Assembly: GCF_000737315.1 (NCBI RefSeq)
Contig: NZ_JMCB01000006.1
Span: 1-64,000, forward strand
DNA from: Hyalangium minutum
GTDB lineage: Bacteria; Myxococcota; Myxococcia; Myxococcales; Myxococcaceae
Direction of reading: 5' to 3'
DNA: 64,000 nt
Positions 17,595-26,147 of the stretch are shown in pieces. Numbering within the stretch: the stretch's first letter is position 1; each line of letters starts with the position of its first letter. A program made the translations under genes and the position numbers. The notes below the pieces were generated by a model, which had not been told where the DNA came from, did no database searches, and was given only the letters and a program-made list of their open reading frames with translations.

Positions 17595-18609
17595 GCTCAC
17601 GCGTGCCGGGGGCGCGGTGGACTTCCTCCAGCGCCTCCGTCACCGCCTCCATCTCCGCGCCGATCTGCTCCACGCTCTGGCGCAGGCCGGCGCCCGCCAC
17701 GTCCTCGGAGGCGGCGTCCGCCGTGCGCACCCGGAGCACCTGCGTGTAGAGGTTCTCCAGCGTGTAGTAGAGCCGCGTGTGCTCCGCCTCCAGCCGTGAG
17801 GCCGCCGTGCCCAGCTCGGCCCGCTGCTGCCGCTGCTGCGCCAGCACCGACAGCGCCGCGGACAGCCGCTCCTTGGCCACCGCGTCCTTCTCCGCCTCTA
17901 CCCGCGCCGCCAGTGCCGCGTACTCGTCCGCCAGCCGGCGCTCGTCCTCCGGCGAGGACAGGGTGCGCAGCTCACGCTCGCGCCGGGCCAGCTCGTGACA
18001 GCTGCGCCGCAGCGCCTCCACCGTCTGCTCGGGTGCGTGGACCACCTCGCGCAGCACCGAGGGCCCGGAGCGGAACTCCGCCAGCAGCTTGTCGCAGAGC
18101 GCGTCCACCCGAGCCATGCGCGGGTCCGCCGCATCGAGCTCTCGCACGGAGCGGGGAAGTGGGGCGGCCTCGCGCTCGCCGGGCAGCGGCTGTGCCTGGG
18201 CCTTGCGCGACTTCAGGTGGTGGGCCGCCTGAGGGCCAAAGACGAACACGGCGATGAAGATGAGCCACCACATGTGAGGGAGGCGCAGGGCGATCAGCAG
18301 CGTCACCAGCGCGGCCCCCGCGAACATCACTCCCAGCGCTGGATTGCGCGAGGCATCCTGACGCGCGAGGTGCTCGGCACGGCGCGCCTCCCGCTCCGCG
18401 AGCTTCACCTGCCGCTTGGCCTGCTTGCGCCAGCGCTTCTCCAGCTCGCGGCGCTCGGACTGGGTGGGCAGACGGCCCATCTCCCGCACCCAAGCCTCCA
18501 TCTCCTGGGCCCGGCGCTCCTCGCCCTCGTCCAGCGCCTCCTGCAGACGGCGCAGCCGGTCCTCGCTCGAGGACAGAGGTGGGGGCGGCATGGGAGGGCG
18601 CGAGGGCAC
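17584..18609 (-). CDS. Hypothetical membrane protein with coiled-coil C-terminus
   Basis: Charged N-terminus, two hydrophobic segments (ALGVMFAGAALVTLLIAL; WWLIFIAVFVFG), long helical E/R/A-rich tail. Confidence 0.7.
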   Translation of the reverse strand: MPSRPPMPPPPLSSSEDRLRRLQEALDEGEERRAQEMEAWVREMGRLPTQSERRELEKRWRKQAKRQVKLAEREARRAEHLARQDASRNPALGVMFAGAALVTLLIALRLPHMWWLIFIAVFVFGPQAAHHLKSRKAQAQPLPGEREAAPLPRSVRELDAADPRMARVDALCDKLLAEFRSGPSVLREVVHAPEQTVEALRRSCHELARRERELRTLSSPEDERRLADEYAALAARVEAEKDAVAKERLSAALSVLAQQRQQRAELGTAASRLEAEHTRLYYTLENLYTQVLRVRTADAASEDVAGAGLRQSVEQIGAEMEAVTEALEEVHRAPGTREPIR

Positions 18610-18807
18610 GGGTTGAGGCTAACCACTTCTCCCGGCCCCTGGGGAAGAAGCTTCGCCGCCTACCCTCCAGGGAAGCCGCCAACCCGTCTCAACATCCCAG
18701 CTGATAGGAGGAGGTGGCAGGCGTGGAGGCTCCCAGCGTGGGGAGGAGGCGTCCTGGGCCAAAGTGCGCTAGGGAGGGTCCGTCCGCCCGCAGGGGTTGC
18801 CGCACCG

Positions 18808-19788
18808 ATGACGCCTTCCGCCTCCAGCCGCCGCTTCCAGCTCTTCAGCTACGCTGTGCTCGCCTACACGCTGGCCGTGGTGCTCTGGGGCGCCTTCGTG
18901 CGCGCCACAGGCTCGGGCGCTGGGTGCGGAGACCACTGGCCACAGTGCAACGGGCAGGTCATCCCACGCGCGCCCACCGTGGCGACAGTCATTGAATACA
19001 CGCACCGTGTGACGAGCGGCCTGGCCCTGGTGCTGGCAGTGGTCCTGTGCGTGTGGGGCCTGCGGGCGCACGCGAAGGGTCACCCGGTGCGGCGTGTGGC
19101 GGTCCTGCAGCTCGTCTTCATGCTGACGGAGGCGGCCGTCGGCGCGGGGCTGGTGCTCTTCCAGTACGTGGCGCACAACCAGTCCATCGGGCGGGCGTTC
19201 TGGATGGCGGCGCACCTGCTCAACACCTTTTTGCTCGTGGGCGCGCAGGCGCTGACCGCGTGGTACGCGGGCGGACGCGCGCGGATGGTGCTGCGCGGCC
19301 AGGGAACGACGGGAGCTCTGGTGATCTCCGGCGTGTCGGCCCTGACGCTGCTGGGCACCACCGGCGCCATCGCGGCGCTGGGCGACACGCTCTTCCCGGC
19401 CTCCAGCCTCGCGGAGGGCTTCCAACAGGACGTGTCCGAGACGGCGCACTTCCTGCTGCGGCTGCGCGGGCTGCACCCGCTGCTCGCCATTGGCGTGGGC
19501 GCACTGGTGGTGGCGGTGGCCTCGGCCGTGGCCCGGCTGCGGCCCTCGGCGGAGGCGAAGCGAGGGGCCGTGCTGCTGGGCATCCTCTATGCGCTCCAGC
19601 TCGCCGCCGGAGTCATCAACCTGGTGCTGCTGGCCCCGGTGTGGATGCAGCTCATCCACCTGCTGCTGGCGGATCTGGTGTGGATCTTCCTCGTGCGGCT
19701 GAGCGCGGCGGGGCTCGCGGAGGATGCACCTCGGGCGGAGCTGCGCGCCAGCGCGGCGGACACGGCTTCGGCCTCACGCGCCGGCTGA
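18808..19788 (+). CDS. ctaA: COX15/CtaA family heme A synthase
   Basis: WGAFVRATGSGAGCGDHWPQCNG, IEYTHRVTSG, EAAVGA, HLLN, HPLLA, HLLLAD. Start placed at ATG 18808. Confidence 0.85.
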   Translation: MTPSASSRRFQLFSYAVLAYTLAVVLWGAFVRATGSGAGCGDHWPQCNGQVIPRAPTVATVIEYTHRVTSGLALVLAVVLCVWGLRAHAKGHPVRRVAVLQLVFMLTEAAVGAGLVLFQYVAHNQSIGRAFWMAAHLLNTFLLVGAQALTAWYAGGRARMVLRGQGTTGALVISGVSALTLLGTTGAIAALGDTLFPASSLAEGFQQDVSETAHFLLRLRGLHPLLAIGVGALVVAVASAVARLRPSAEAKRGAVLLGILYALQLAAGVINLVLLAPVWMQLIHLLLADLVWIFLVRLSAAGLAEDAPRAELRASAADTASASRAG

Positions 19789-19796
19789 GCCCACCG

Positions 19797-21317
19797 TCAC
19801 GTCTGCTGTCCCTGTGACACCCGCAGCCCTCGAGGCACCACAAGCCGCTCCAGCAGCTCGAACAGCCCGCTCACGGCCAAGGCCAGCAGCGCCGCGGGGA
19901 CCGCGCCCTCCAAGATGAGGCCTGTGTTGTCCAAACGGATGCCCGTGAGGATGGGCTGCCCGTAGCCTCCAGCGCCAATGAGCGCGCCCAGCGTTGCTGT
20001 GCCCACGTTGATGACGGCGGCCGTCTGGATGCCCGCGAGGATGGAGGGCGCAGCCAGCGGCAGCTCGATGCGCCAGAGCCGTGCACGCGGGGACAGCCCC
20101 AGGGCCTGAGCGGACTCGCGAAGGTCGCCCGGGATGCCTCCGAGCCCCGCGGCCGTGTTCCGGACGATGGGCAGCAGGCCATACAGGAACAGCGCCACGA
20201 TGGCGGGCCGCGAGCCGATTCCCAACAGCGGGATCATCACCACCAGCAGCGCCAGCGAGGGCACCGTCTGGATGATGCCCGCGAGCCCCAGCACCACCTG
20301 CCCTACCCGTGCCCGCTTCGCCGAGAGCACCCCGAGCGGCACCGCCACCCCAATCGCCCCGAGCAGCGACACGAGCACGAGGAACAGGTGCTCGCGCGTC
20401 CGCAGCCACACCCGGGAAGCCAGGCTGTCCGACTGCGTCTCCGTCTCCAGGCCCAGCTTGCGCGCCAGGAACTCGGCGGCCACGGTGTCCTCGGGGACGC
20501 GCTCCAAGCGGGCGCGAGCGTTGAGTCGCACCATCTCCGGCTCGGAGATCAGCCCCTGCAGCTCCAGGATGGCCGCGAGCACCCGCGGGTTCTTCCGAGC
20601 CCAATCCTCCCGGTACAGCAGCACGGCGTCGTAGGCGGGAAAGTGCTTCAGGTCATCCTCGAGCACGCGCAGCCCGTAGGCCGAGATCTCCGCGTCGGTG
20701 GAGTACAGGTCCGTCACCTGGATGGCACCGCTCTCCAGCCCCCGGTAGGCCAGGTCATGGTCCAGCCCCCGCACCTGCCGCTGGGGCAGCTGGTAGCGCT
20801 CCCGGAGCGCGGGCCACCCATCGCCGCGATCCATGAACTCGTTGCTGAAGCCCAGCTTCAGCTCTGGGTGCGCGCGCAGGTCCGAGATGCGCCGGATGCC
20901 CAGGCGCTCGGCCTCCGCCTCCTTCATGCCCAGCGCATACGTGTCATTGAAGCCAAGCGAGGCGCTCATCCCCAGCCCCTCGGCGGCCAGGGCCTCTCGC
21001 AGCGCGGCGTCATCCTTCAGCCCCCGCGAGGCGAACAGCTCCTGGCGAAGCGTCCCGGTGTACTCGGGATAGACCTCCAGCTCGCCGCGCTTCAGGGCCT
21101 CCCAGAGCACGGTGGTGCCTCCGAGCTCGCGCCGGTGCACCGCATGCGCCCCGGAGAGCCGCGCCAGCCGCGCCACCAGCTCCCCGAGGATGACGGACTC
21201 GGTGAACTTCTTGGAGCCCACGCGCACCTCGGGACGAGTGTCCGCCGTGGGCTCGGGAGCACAGGCCACCAGCCACGCCAGCCCCAGCACCAGCACGCTC
21301 GCGCTCAGGCCCCTCAC
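19797..21317 (-). CDS. Glycine betaine/osmoprotectant ABC transporter, fused substrate-binding + permease
   Basis: VGSKKFTESVILGE, GELEVYPEYTGT, LGFNDTYAL, QTVPSLALL, ESAQALGLS, GAGGYG. The GTG start overlaps the upstream TGA (GTGA at 21314-21317). Confidence 0.9.
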   Translation of the reverse strand: MRGLSASVLVLGLAWLVACAPEPTADTRPEVRVGSKKFTESVILGELVARLARLSGAHAVHRRELGGTTVLWEALKRGELEVYPEYTGTLRQELFASRGLKDDAALREALAAEGLGMSASLGFNDTYALGMKEAEAERLGIRRISDLRAHPELKLGFSNEFMDRGDGWPALRERYQLPQRQVRGLDHDLAYRGLESGAIQVTDLYSTDAEISAYGLRVLEDDLKHFPAYDAVLLYREDWARKNPRVLAAILELQGLISEPEMVRLNARARLERVPEDTVAAEFLARKLGLETETQSDSLASRVWLRTREHLFLVLVSLLGAIGVAVPLGVLSAKRARVGQVVLGLAGIIQTVPSLALLVVMIPLLGIGSRPAIVALFLYGLLPIVRNTAAGLGGIPGDLRESAQALGLSPRARLWRIELPLAAPSILAGIQTAAVINVGTATLGALIGAGGYGQPILTGIRLDNTGLILEGAVPAALLALAVSGLFELLERLVVPRGLRVSQGQQT

Positions 21318-22111
21318 GCGCCGCGCTCCAGCACCCGCCGCTGCGCCTGGATGAAGCGGGTGACGAACGGATCCGCCGGAGACGCCTCCAGCTCGGCGAG
21401 TGTCCCCTGCTGCACCACGCGCCCCTCGCGCAGCAGGACGACGCAATGCCCGAGGAACGCCGCCTCGGAGAGATCATGGGTGACGAGCACCACCGTCATC
21501 CCGAGCCGCTCGAAGATGGCGCGCAGATCCACCTGCAGCTCGGAGCGGACCAGCGTGTCCAGCGCTCCCAGGGGCTCATCGAGCAGCAGCACCCGCGGCT
21601 CCAGCATCAGTGCGCGCATGAGCCCCACCCGCTGACGCTGGCCACCGGAGAGCTGCGCGGGAAAACGCCCGAGCGCCTCGCCCGGGAAGCGGGTCAGCTC
21701 CACGAGCGCCTCCAGCCGGGCACGGATGCGCTCCGAAGGCCACCGCAGATACCGGGCCATGAGCTCCACGTTCTGCCCGGCGGTGAGGTGAGGGAACAGG
21801 CCGCCGCCCTGGAGCGCGTAGCCCATGCGCTGGCGCACCGAGAGCATCGCCGCTTCCTCCGGCGGCAGCGGCTGGCCCTCGAAGAGGACACGGCCAGTGT
21901 CGGGCCGGATCAGCCCGTTCATCAGCCGCAGCAGCGTGGACTTCCCACAGCCGCTCGGCCCCAGCAGCACCGTGGTCCGCCCCGAGGGCAGCCGCAGCTC
22001 CAGGGGCTGCAGGGCCTGCGTGGTGCCGAAGCGCTTGGAGACCCCTTGAAGCTCGAACACAGGGGCCCGCGGCTCCGGACCCTCTGCGCGCGGCTCATCC
22101 CTTGACGACAT
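21314..22111 (-). CDS. Osmoprotectant ABC transporter ATP-binding subunit (OpuA/ProV-like)
   Basis: GPSGCGKST, LSGGQRQRV, LLLDEPLGALD, VTHD. Start at ATG 22111. Confidence 0.92.
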   Translation of the reverse strand: MSSRDEPRAEGPEPRAPVFELQGVSKRFGTTQALQPLELRLPSGRTTVLLGPSGCGKSTLLRLMNGLIRPDTGRVLFEGQPLPPEEAAMLSVRQRMGYALQGGGLFPHLTAGQNVELMARYLRWPSERIRARLEALVELTRFPGEALGRFPAQLSGGQRQRVGLMRALMLEPRVLLLDEPLGALDTLVRSELQVDLRAIFERLGMTVVLVTHDLSEAAFLGHCVVLLREGRVVQQGTLAELEASPADPFVTRFIQAQRRVLERGA

Positions 22112-22688
22112 AGACACAGGACGGATGCCCCCGCTTGCGGCATGGATGGGTCTCGTCATGCACGACGGAGCCCACCGCGTGGAGCCTCCGCAGCCCTCCG
22201 AACAGCATCCCTTTGTCGAAGGCGCACGGGTACGGGTTGTTGCTCTCCACCTCCATCGCCCCGTCCGGCCGCTGCTTCCACTTGTAGTGGCCAATGCCCT
22301 CCTGGAGGCGCCCCGTGGCCGAGTTCCACATGGGCCGCCCGTTCTTGCGGTGGTGCAGGTGGTAGCCCGCATCCATCGTCTCCATCATCGACTTCACGTC
22401 CTTGACGGAGGGCAGCCACTCCACGTTCTTCATCACCGACACGCCAATCTGGTGCAGCACCGAGTCCCCCATGTGCTGGCTGGCGCGCGCGAACGCTCGC
22501 AGGAACGCGTCGAACGGGTACCAGGCCTCCGGCTGCACCTCGACCATGCCGTCCGGGCCCTTCTGCCCAATCCCCTCCGCCAAGAGGATCTGACTGGCGA
22601 TCGACTTGAACTGGCCAAACGCATGCACCAGCCCCATCACGTTGCGTCCCGAGACTTCGATGCCCTTGAACTCGCTGAACGGAATCAT
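22095..22688 (-). CDS. Hypothetical protein, V4R/HNOB-like ligand-binding fold suspected
   Basis: WYPFDAFL, GYHLHHR, GIGHY, NNPYPCAFDKG and HDETHPCRKRGHPSCVY, a Cys/His pattern reminiscent of V4R-type domains. Start placed at ATG 22688. Confidence 0.6.
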   Translation of the reverse strand: MIPFSEFKGIEVSGRNVMGLVHAFGQFKSIASQILLAEGIGQKGPDGMVEVQPEAWYPFDAFLRAFARASQHMGDSVLHQIGVSVMKNVEWLPSVKDVKSMMETMDAGYHLHHRKNGRPMWNSATGRLQEGIGHYKWKQRPDGAMEVESNNPYPCAFDKGMLFGGLRRLHAVGSVVHDETHPCRKRGHPSCVYVVKG

Positions 22689-23263
22689 CGCGCGGAGGAT
22701 CCTCTCGAACCGGAGCAGGCGGCCTGATGATGGCACGCTTCCTCGGGCTCTCGACATCGCCCCTCGCAGCCGCCCTCCCCAGCAGGTAGGCAGTCCCTGG
22801 GGTGTCTCACCCGGAAGCACATCCACCACCTTTTCGTTCACGGACTGATCAGAAATCCGCGCAGGCCGGAAATTCGGCCCTGGAAGCGACGACAGAGCTG
22901 GAAACTTCCGCCCCTTCGGAATACCCACCCTCATAGGGTGTTTAAAGTTGCTGCATCCTTACGACGTACATTAGTATCCGAAATAGATGAGCCAATGCCA
23001 GACATGGTAGTGGCTCTGAAGCCACCCGCACGCGGACACCCGGGAGCAGGTGATGGGAAGCACTCCGTCACGGCCGTCCGCTCCCGAGTGGGGTGGGTAG
23101 TGCGCAGCGGGCTTGCCCTTCTGCATCCTCGGGGGATGGTGCAGAGGGGGCCCGCTGCGGTTTTTTCACCGCGGAGCCACCGTTCGCTCCTCGATGCAGC
23201 GGCTTGGACTGTCTGGCCGCCCTTGGGGGCCGGTGCTATCTGGGCGGGACGTCCTCTGCTCCT

Positions 23264-25849
23264 GTGAAAGCCGCCCTCCCCGCCACCACCCGACGCGCAT
23301 CCCTGGCACCGCAGGCCCTGCTCATCGGCTCGCTGGTGGTGGCATCCGCGAGCACGGCGCTCTTCCTGGCCACGGCGCAGAGCCGGGACACCTCCCGCTT
23401 CGAGAACCAGGTCCAGGCGACCCAGGACCGGATCTTCGCGCACCTGAGCTCGGACATCGCCTTGCTGCGCGGCGCCGCGGGCCTCTTCGCTGCCAGCACC
23501 TCCGTCACCCGCGAGGAGTTCCGCATCTACGTCGAGCGGCTCGACTTGCGGCGGTATGATCCGGGGCTCCAGGGGCTCGGCTTCGCCGCACGCATCCCCG
23601 CCAGCGAGCAGGAGCACTGGTTGGAGCAGGCACGCGCCGATGGCCTGCCCTCGTTCCACATCTGGCCCGCGGGCGCTCGCGACGAGTACTACGCCATCCT
23701 CTACCTGGAGCCCCAGGACGCCCGGAACGAGGCGGCGCTGGGCTTCGACATGTTCACGGAGCCCAAGCGCCGCGAGGCCATGGAGCGGGCCTGGATGACA
23801 GGGGAGCCTGCGCTGTCGGGCCGTGTCGTCCTCAAGCAGGAGATTGATAAGGACCAGCAGGCGGGGTTCCTGCTGTACGTGCCCGTGTACCGAGGCGGGA
23901 ACATTCCCCCCACCGAGGACCAGCGCCGGGAAGAGCTCGAAGGGTTCGTCTACAGCCCCTTCCGGGCGGAGGACCTGTTCACCGGCATCTTCCCGCCCAC
24001 GCATTCCCCGCGGATCCTCTTCCGCGTCTACGACGGGACGGAGGCGCAAGCCGGGCAGCTCCTCTATGACTCGGCCTCCGCCGAGGGGGAGCCTCCGCCG
24101 AGCACGCCCCGCTTCGTGCGGACCTCGCGCCTGGAGATAGCGGGGCAGCCCTGGACGCTCGTCTTCGCCTCCTCGCCCAGCTTCGAGCGCACGCTGCTGA
24201 GTCCCTGGGTGCCCACCGTGGGAGGCGCGGGCGTGCTGCTCAGTCTGATGGTGTACGCCGTGGCGCGGTCCCAGTTCATCGGCCGGCAGCGCGCCGAGGC
24301 CAGCGAGGCCGAGCGGGCCCAGCTCCTGACGCGCGAGAAGGCCGCCCACGCCGAGGCCGAGGCCCAGCGTACCTATCTCCATGAAGTCTTCATGACGGCC
24401 CCTGCCGTCATCGGCATCTTCCGGGGGCCCGAGCACGTCTTCGAGTTCGCCAACGCCGCCTACCAGAAGGTGCTGGGGAACCGGGAGCTGCTGGGCCGTC
24501 CTCTCTCCGAAGCCCTGCCGGACCTGGCGCCGGAGATCCTCGCCGTGGCGGACACCGTCTACCAGACCGGACAGCCCCACTCGGATCAAGAGGTGCGCAT
24601 TCCCCTGGCGTATAGCGCTGGCCAGCGCGAGGAGAAGTACTGGAACCTCATTTGGCAGCCGCGCCGGAACACCGCGGGCCAGGTGGACGGCGTGCTGCTG
24701 TACGCCTTCGAGGTCACCGAGCAGGTCCTGGCGCGCAAGCTGGTGGAGGCCAGCCGCGAGGAGGCACGGCGGAGCGCGGAGCAACTGCAGACCATCACCG
24801 ACACGCTGCCAGCGCTCGTCGCCTATGTGGATGCGCAGCAGTACTACCGGTTCGCGAACCGGGCGTATGAGACGTGGTTCGGCCGGAAGCCCCAGGAGGT
24901 GGTGGGCAAGACGATCCAAGAGTTCGTTGGAGAGAAGATCTACGCGCGCTTCCAGGAGCCCATCCTCCGGGCCCTGGCGGGCGAGACCGTGCGCTTCGAG
25001 GGCGAGCTGCCCCGGAAGGACGGGCAGAAGCTCTTCATCCAGTCCAGCTATATCCCGGAGCGGGATGAGCACGGGCAGGTGCGTGGCTTCGTGGTGTTGG
25101 CCTTCGACATCACCGAGCGCAAGCAGGCGGAGGAGGCCGTGCGCAACGCCGTGCGGCTGCGCGATGAGTTCCTCTCCGTGGCCAGCCACGAGCTGAAGAC
25201 GCCGCTGACGCCCCTGAGCCTGAAGCTGCAGACGCTGGCGCGTGATGCGGCAGCGCAGCCGGACTCGGCGTTCGTGCTGAAGGTCCGCACATCTGTGGAG
25301 GCGGGGCTCAAGCAGCTCAAGCGGCTGTCGGACCTGATTGGGGATCTGCTGGATGTGTCGCGGATCACCTCGGGGCAGATGAAGCTGTACTGGGAGCCGG
25401 TGGACTTCGCCGCCGTGGTCCGTGAGGTGGCCACGCGGCTGGAGCCCGAGGCGGCCCGGGCCGAGTCCCGCCTCATGCTGGAGCTGCCAGCGGAGGTGCC
25501 AGGCCGCTCGGACCGGATGCGGCTGGAGCAGGTGGCGGAGAACCTGCTGACGAACGCCATCAAGTACGGGGCGGGCAAGCCGATTCATGTCCGGCTGGAG
25601 GCGAGCCCCGAGCGCATCGCCTTCACCGTGAAGGACGAGGGAATTGGCATTGCCCCCGAGAACCAGGCGCGCATCTTCGAGCGGTTCGAGCGCGCCGTGT
25701 CCGAGCGGAACTACGGCGGCCTGGGGCTGGGGCTCTACATCACCCGCACCATCGTCGAGGCCCTGGGAGGCACCATCCGCGTGAAGAGCGAGCCCGGTCA
25801 GGGCGCCTGCTTCACCGTGGAGCTTCCCCGGGAGCCCGCGGTTTCTTAG
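23264..25849 (+). CDS. CHASE + PAS sensor histidine kinase
   Basis: TM, CHASE (YLEPQDARNEAALGFDM...RREAMERA), TM, two PAS domains, VASHELKTPL H-box, NLLTNAIKY, DEGIGI, GLGLGL. Start placed at GTG 23264. Confidence 0.92.
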   Translation: MKAALPATTRRASLAPQALLIGSLVVASASTALFLATAQSRDTSRFENQVQATQDRIFAHLSSDIALLRGAAGLFAASTSVTREEFRIYVERLDLRRYDPGLQGLGFAARIPASEQEHWLEQARADGLPSFHIWPAGARDEYYAILYLEPQDARNEAALGFDMFTEPKRREAMERAWMTGEPALSGRVVLKQEIDKDQQAGFLLYVPVYRGGNIPPTEDQRREELEGFVYSPFRAEDLFTGIFPPTHSPRILFRVYDGTEAQAGQLLYDSASAEGEPPPSTPRFVRTSRLEIAGQPWTLVFASSPSFERTLLSPWVPTVGGAGVLLSLMVYAVARSQFIGRQRAEASEAERAQLLTREKAAHAEAEAQRTYLHEVFMTAPAVIGIFRGPEHVFEFANAAYQKVLGNRELLGRPLSEALPDLAPEILAVADTVYQTGQPHSDQEVRIPLAYSAGQREEKYWNLIWQPRRNTAGQVDGVLLYAFEVTEQVLARKLVEASREEARRSAEQLQTITDTLPALVAYVDAQQYYRFANRAYETWFGRKPQEVVGKTIQEFVGEKIYARFQEPILRALAGETVRFEGELPRKDGQKLFIQSSYIPERDEHGQVRGFVVLAFDITERKQAEEAVRNAVRLRDEFLSVASHELKTPLTPLSLKLQTLARDAAAQPDSAFVLKVRTSVEAGLKQLKRLSDLIGDLLDVSRITSGQMKLYWEPVDFAAVVREVATRLEPEAARAESRLMLELPAEVPGRSDRMRLEQVAENLLTNAIKYGAGKPIHVRLEASPERIAFTVKDEGIGIAPENQARIFERFERAVSERNYGGLGLGLYITRTIVEALGGTIRVKSEPGQGACFTVELPREPAVS

Positions 25850-26144
25850 GCCAGTTCTTGAGCTTCATGAGCTGGAAGACGCCTGCGGCCACAAGCCCCC
25901 CTACAAAGAGGGAGACGAGCACCTGCAACCAGAAGAGATTCTTCTGGAGGACGTGGTCATCGAAGCACTTGGCCTCTCTGATGGCGATCTCGCGAGTGAG
26001 CGAGTCGAAACCGCGCACGTAGTCCCAGTCTTCGGCGATACGCCCGCACACCAGCTTCATTGAGGCCAGGAAGGTCGCAACAAAGACCACCTCGAACGTG
26101 GCTAAGGTCCAGAGCGGCCGCACCAGTCCATAGAGCCTGTGCAT
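25812..26144 (-). CDS. Small two-TM protein, candidate immunity protein for the upstream Rhs C-terminus
   Basis: ATG lies 3 nt after the Rhs stop. Two hydrophobic segments. Overlaps the convergent kinase 3' end by 38 bp. The function is inferred from position only. Confidence 0.55.
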   Translation of the reverse strand: MHRLYGLVRPLWTLATFEVVFVATFLASMKLVCGRIAEDWDYVRGFDSLTREIAIREAKCFDDHVLQKNLFWLQVLVSLFVGGLVAAGVFQLMKLKNWPKKPRAPGEAPR

Positions 26145-26147
26145 GTC

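Noticed and set aside
22926-23026. Short inverted repeats CACCCT-CAT-AGGGTG and GTGGCT-CTGA-AGCCAC in the divergent intergenic region
   Set aside because: Six-bp arms are expected by chance at this GC content, and I have no independent support for function.
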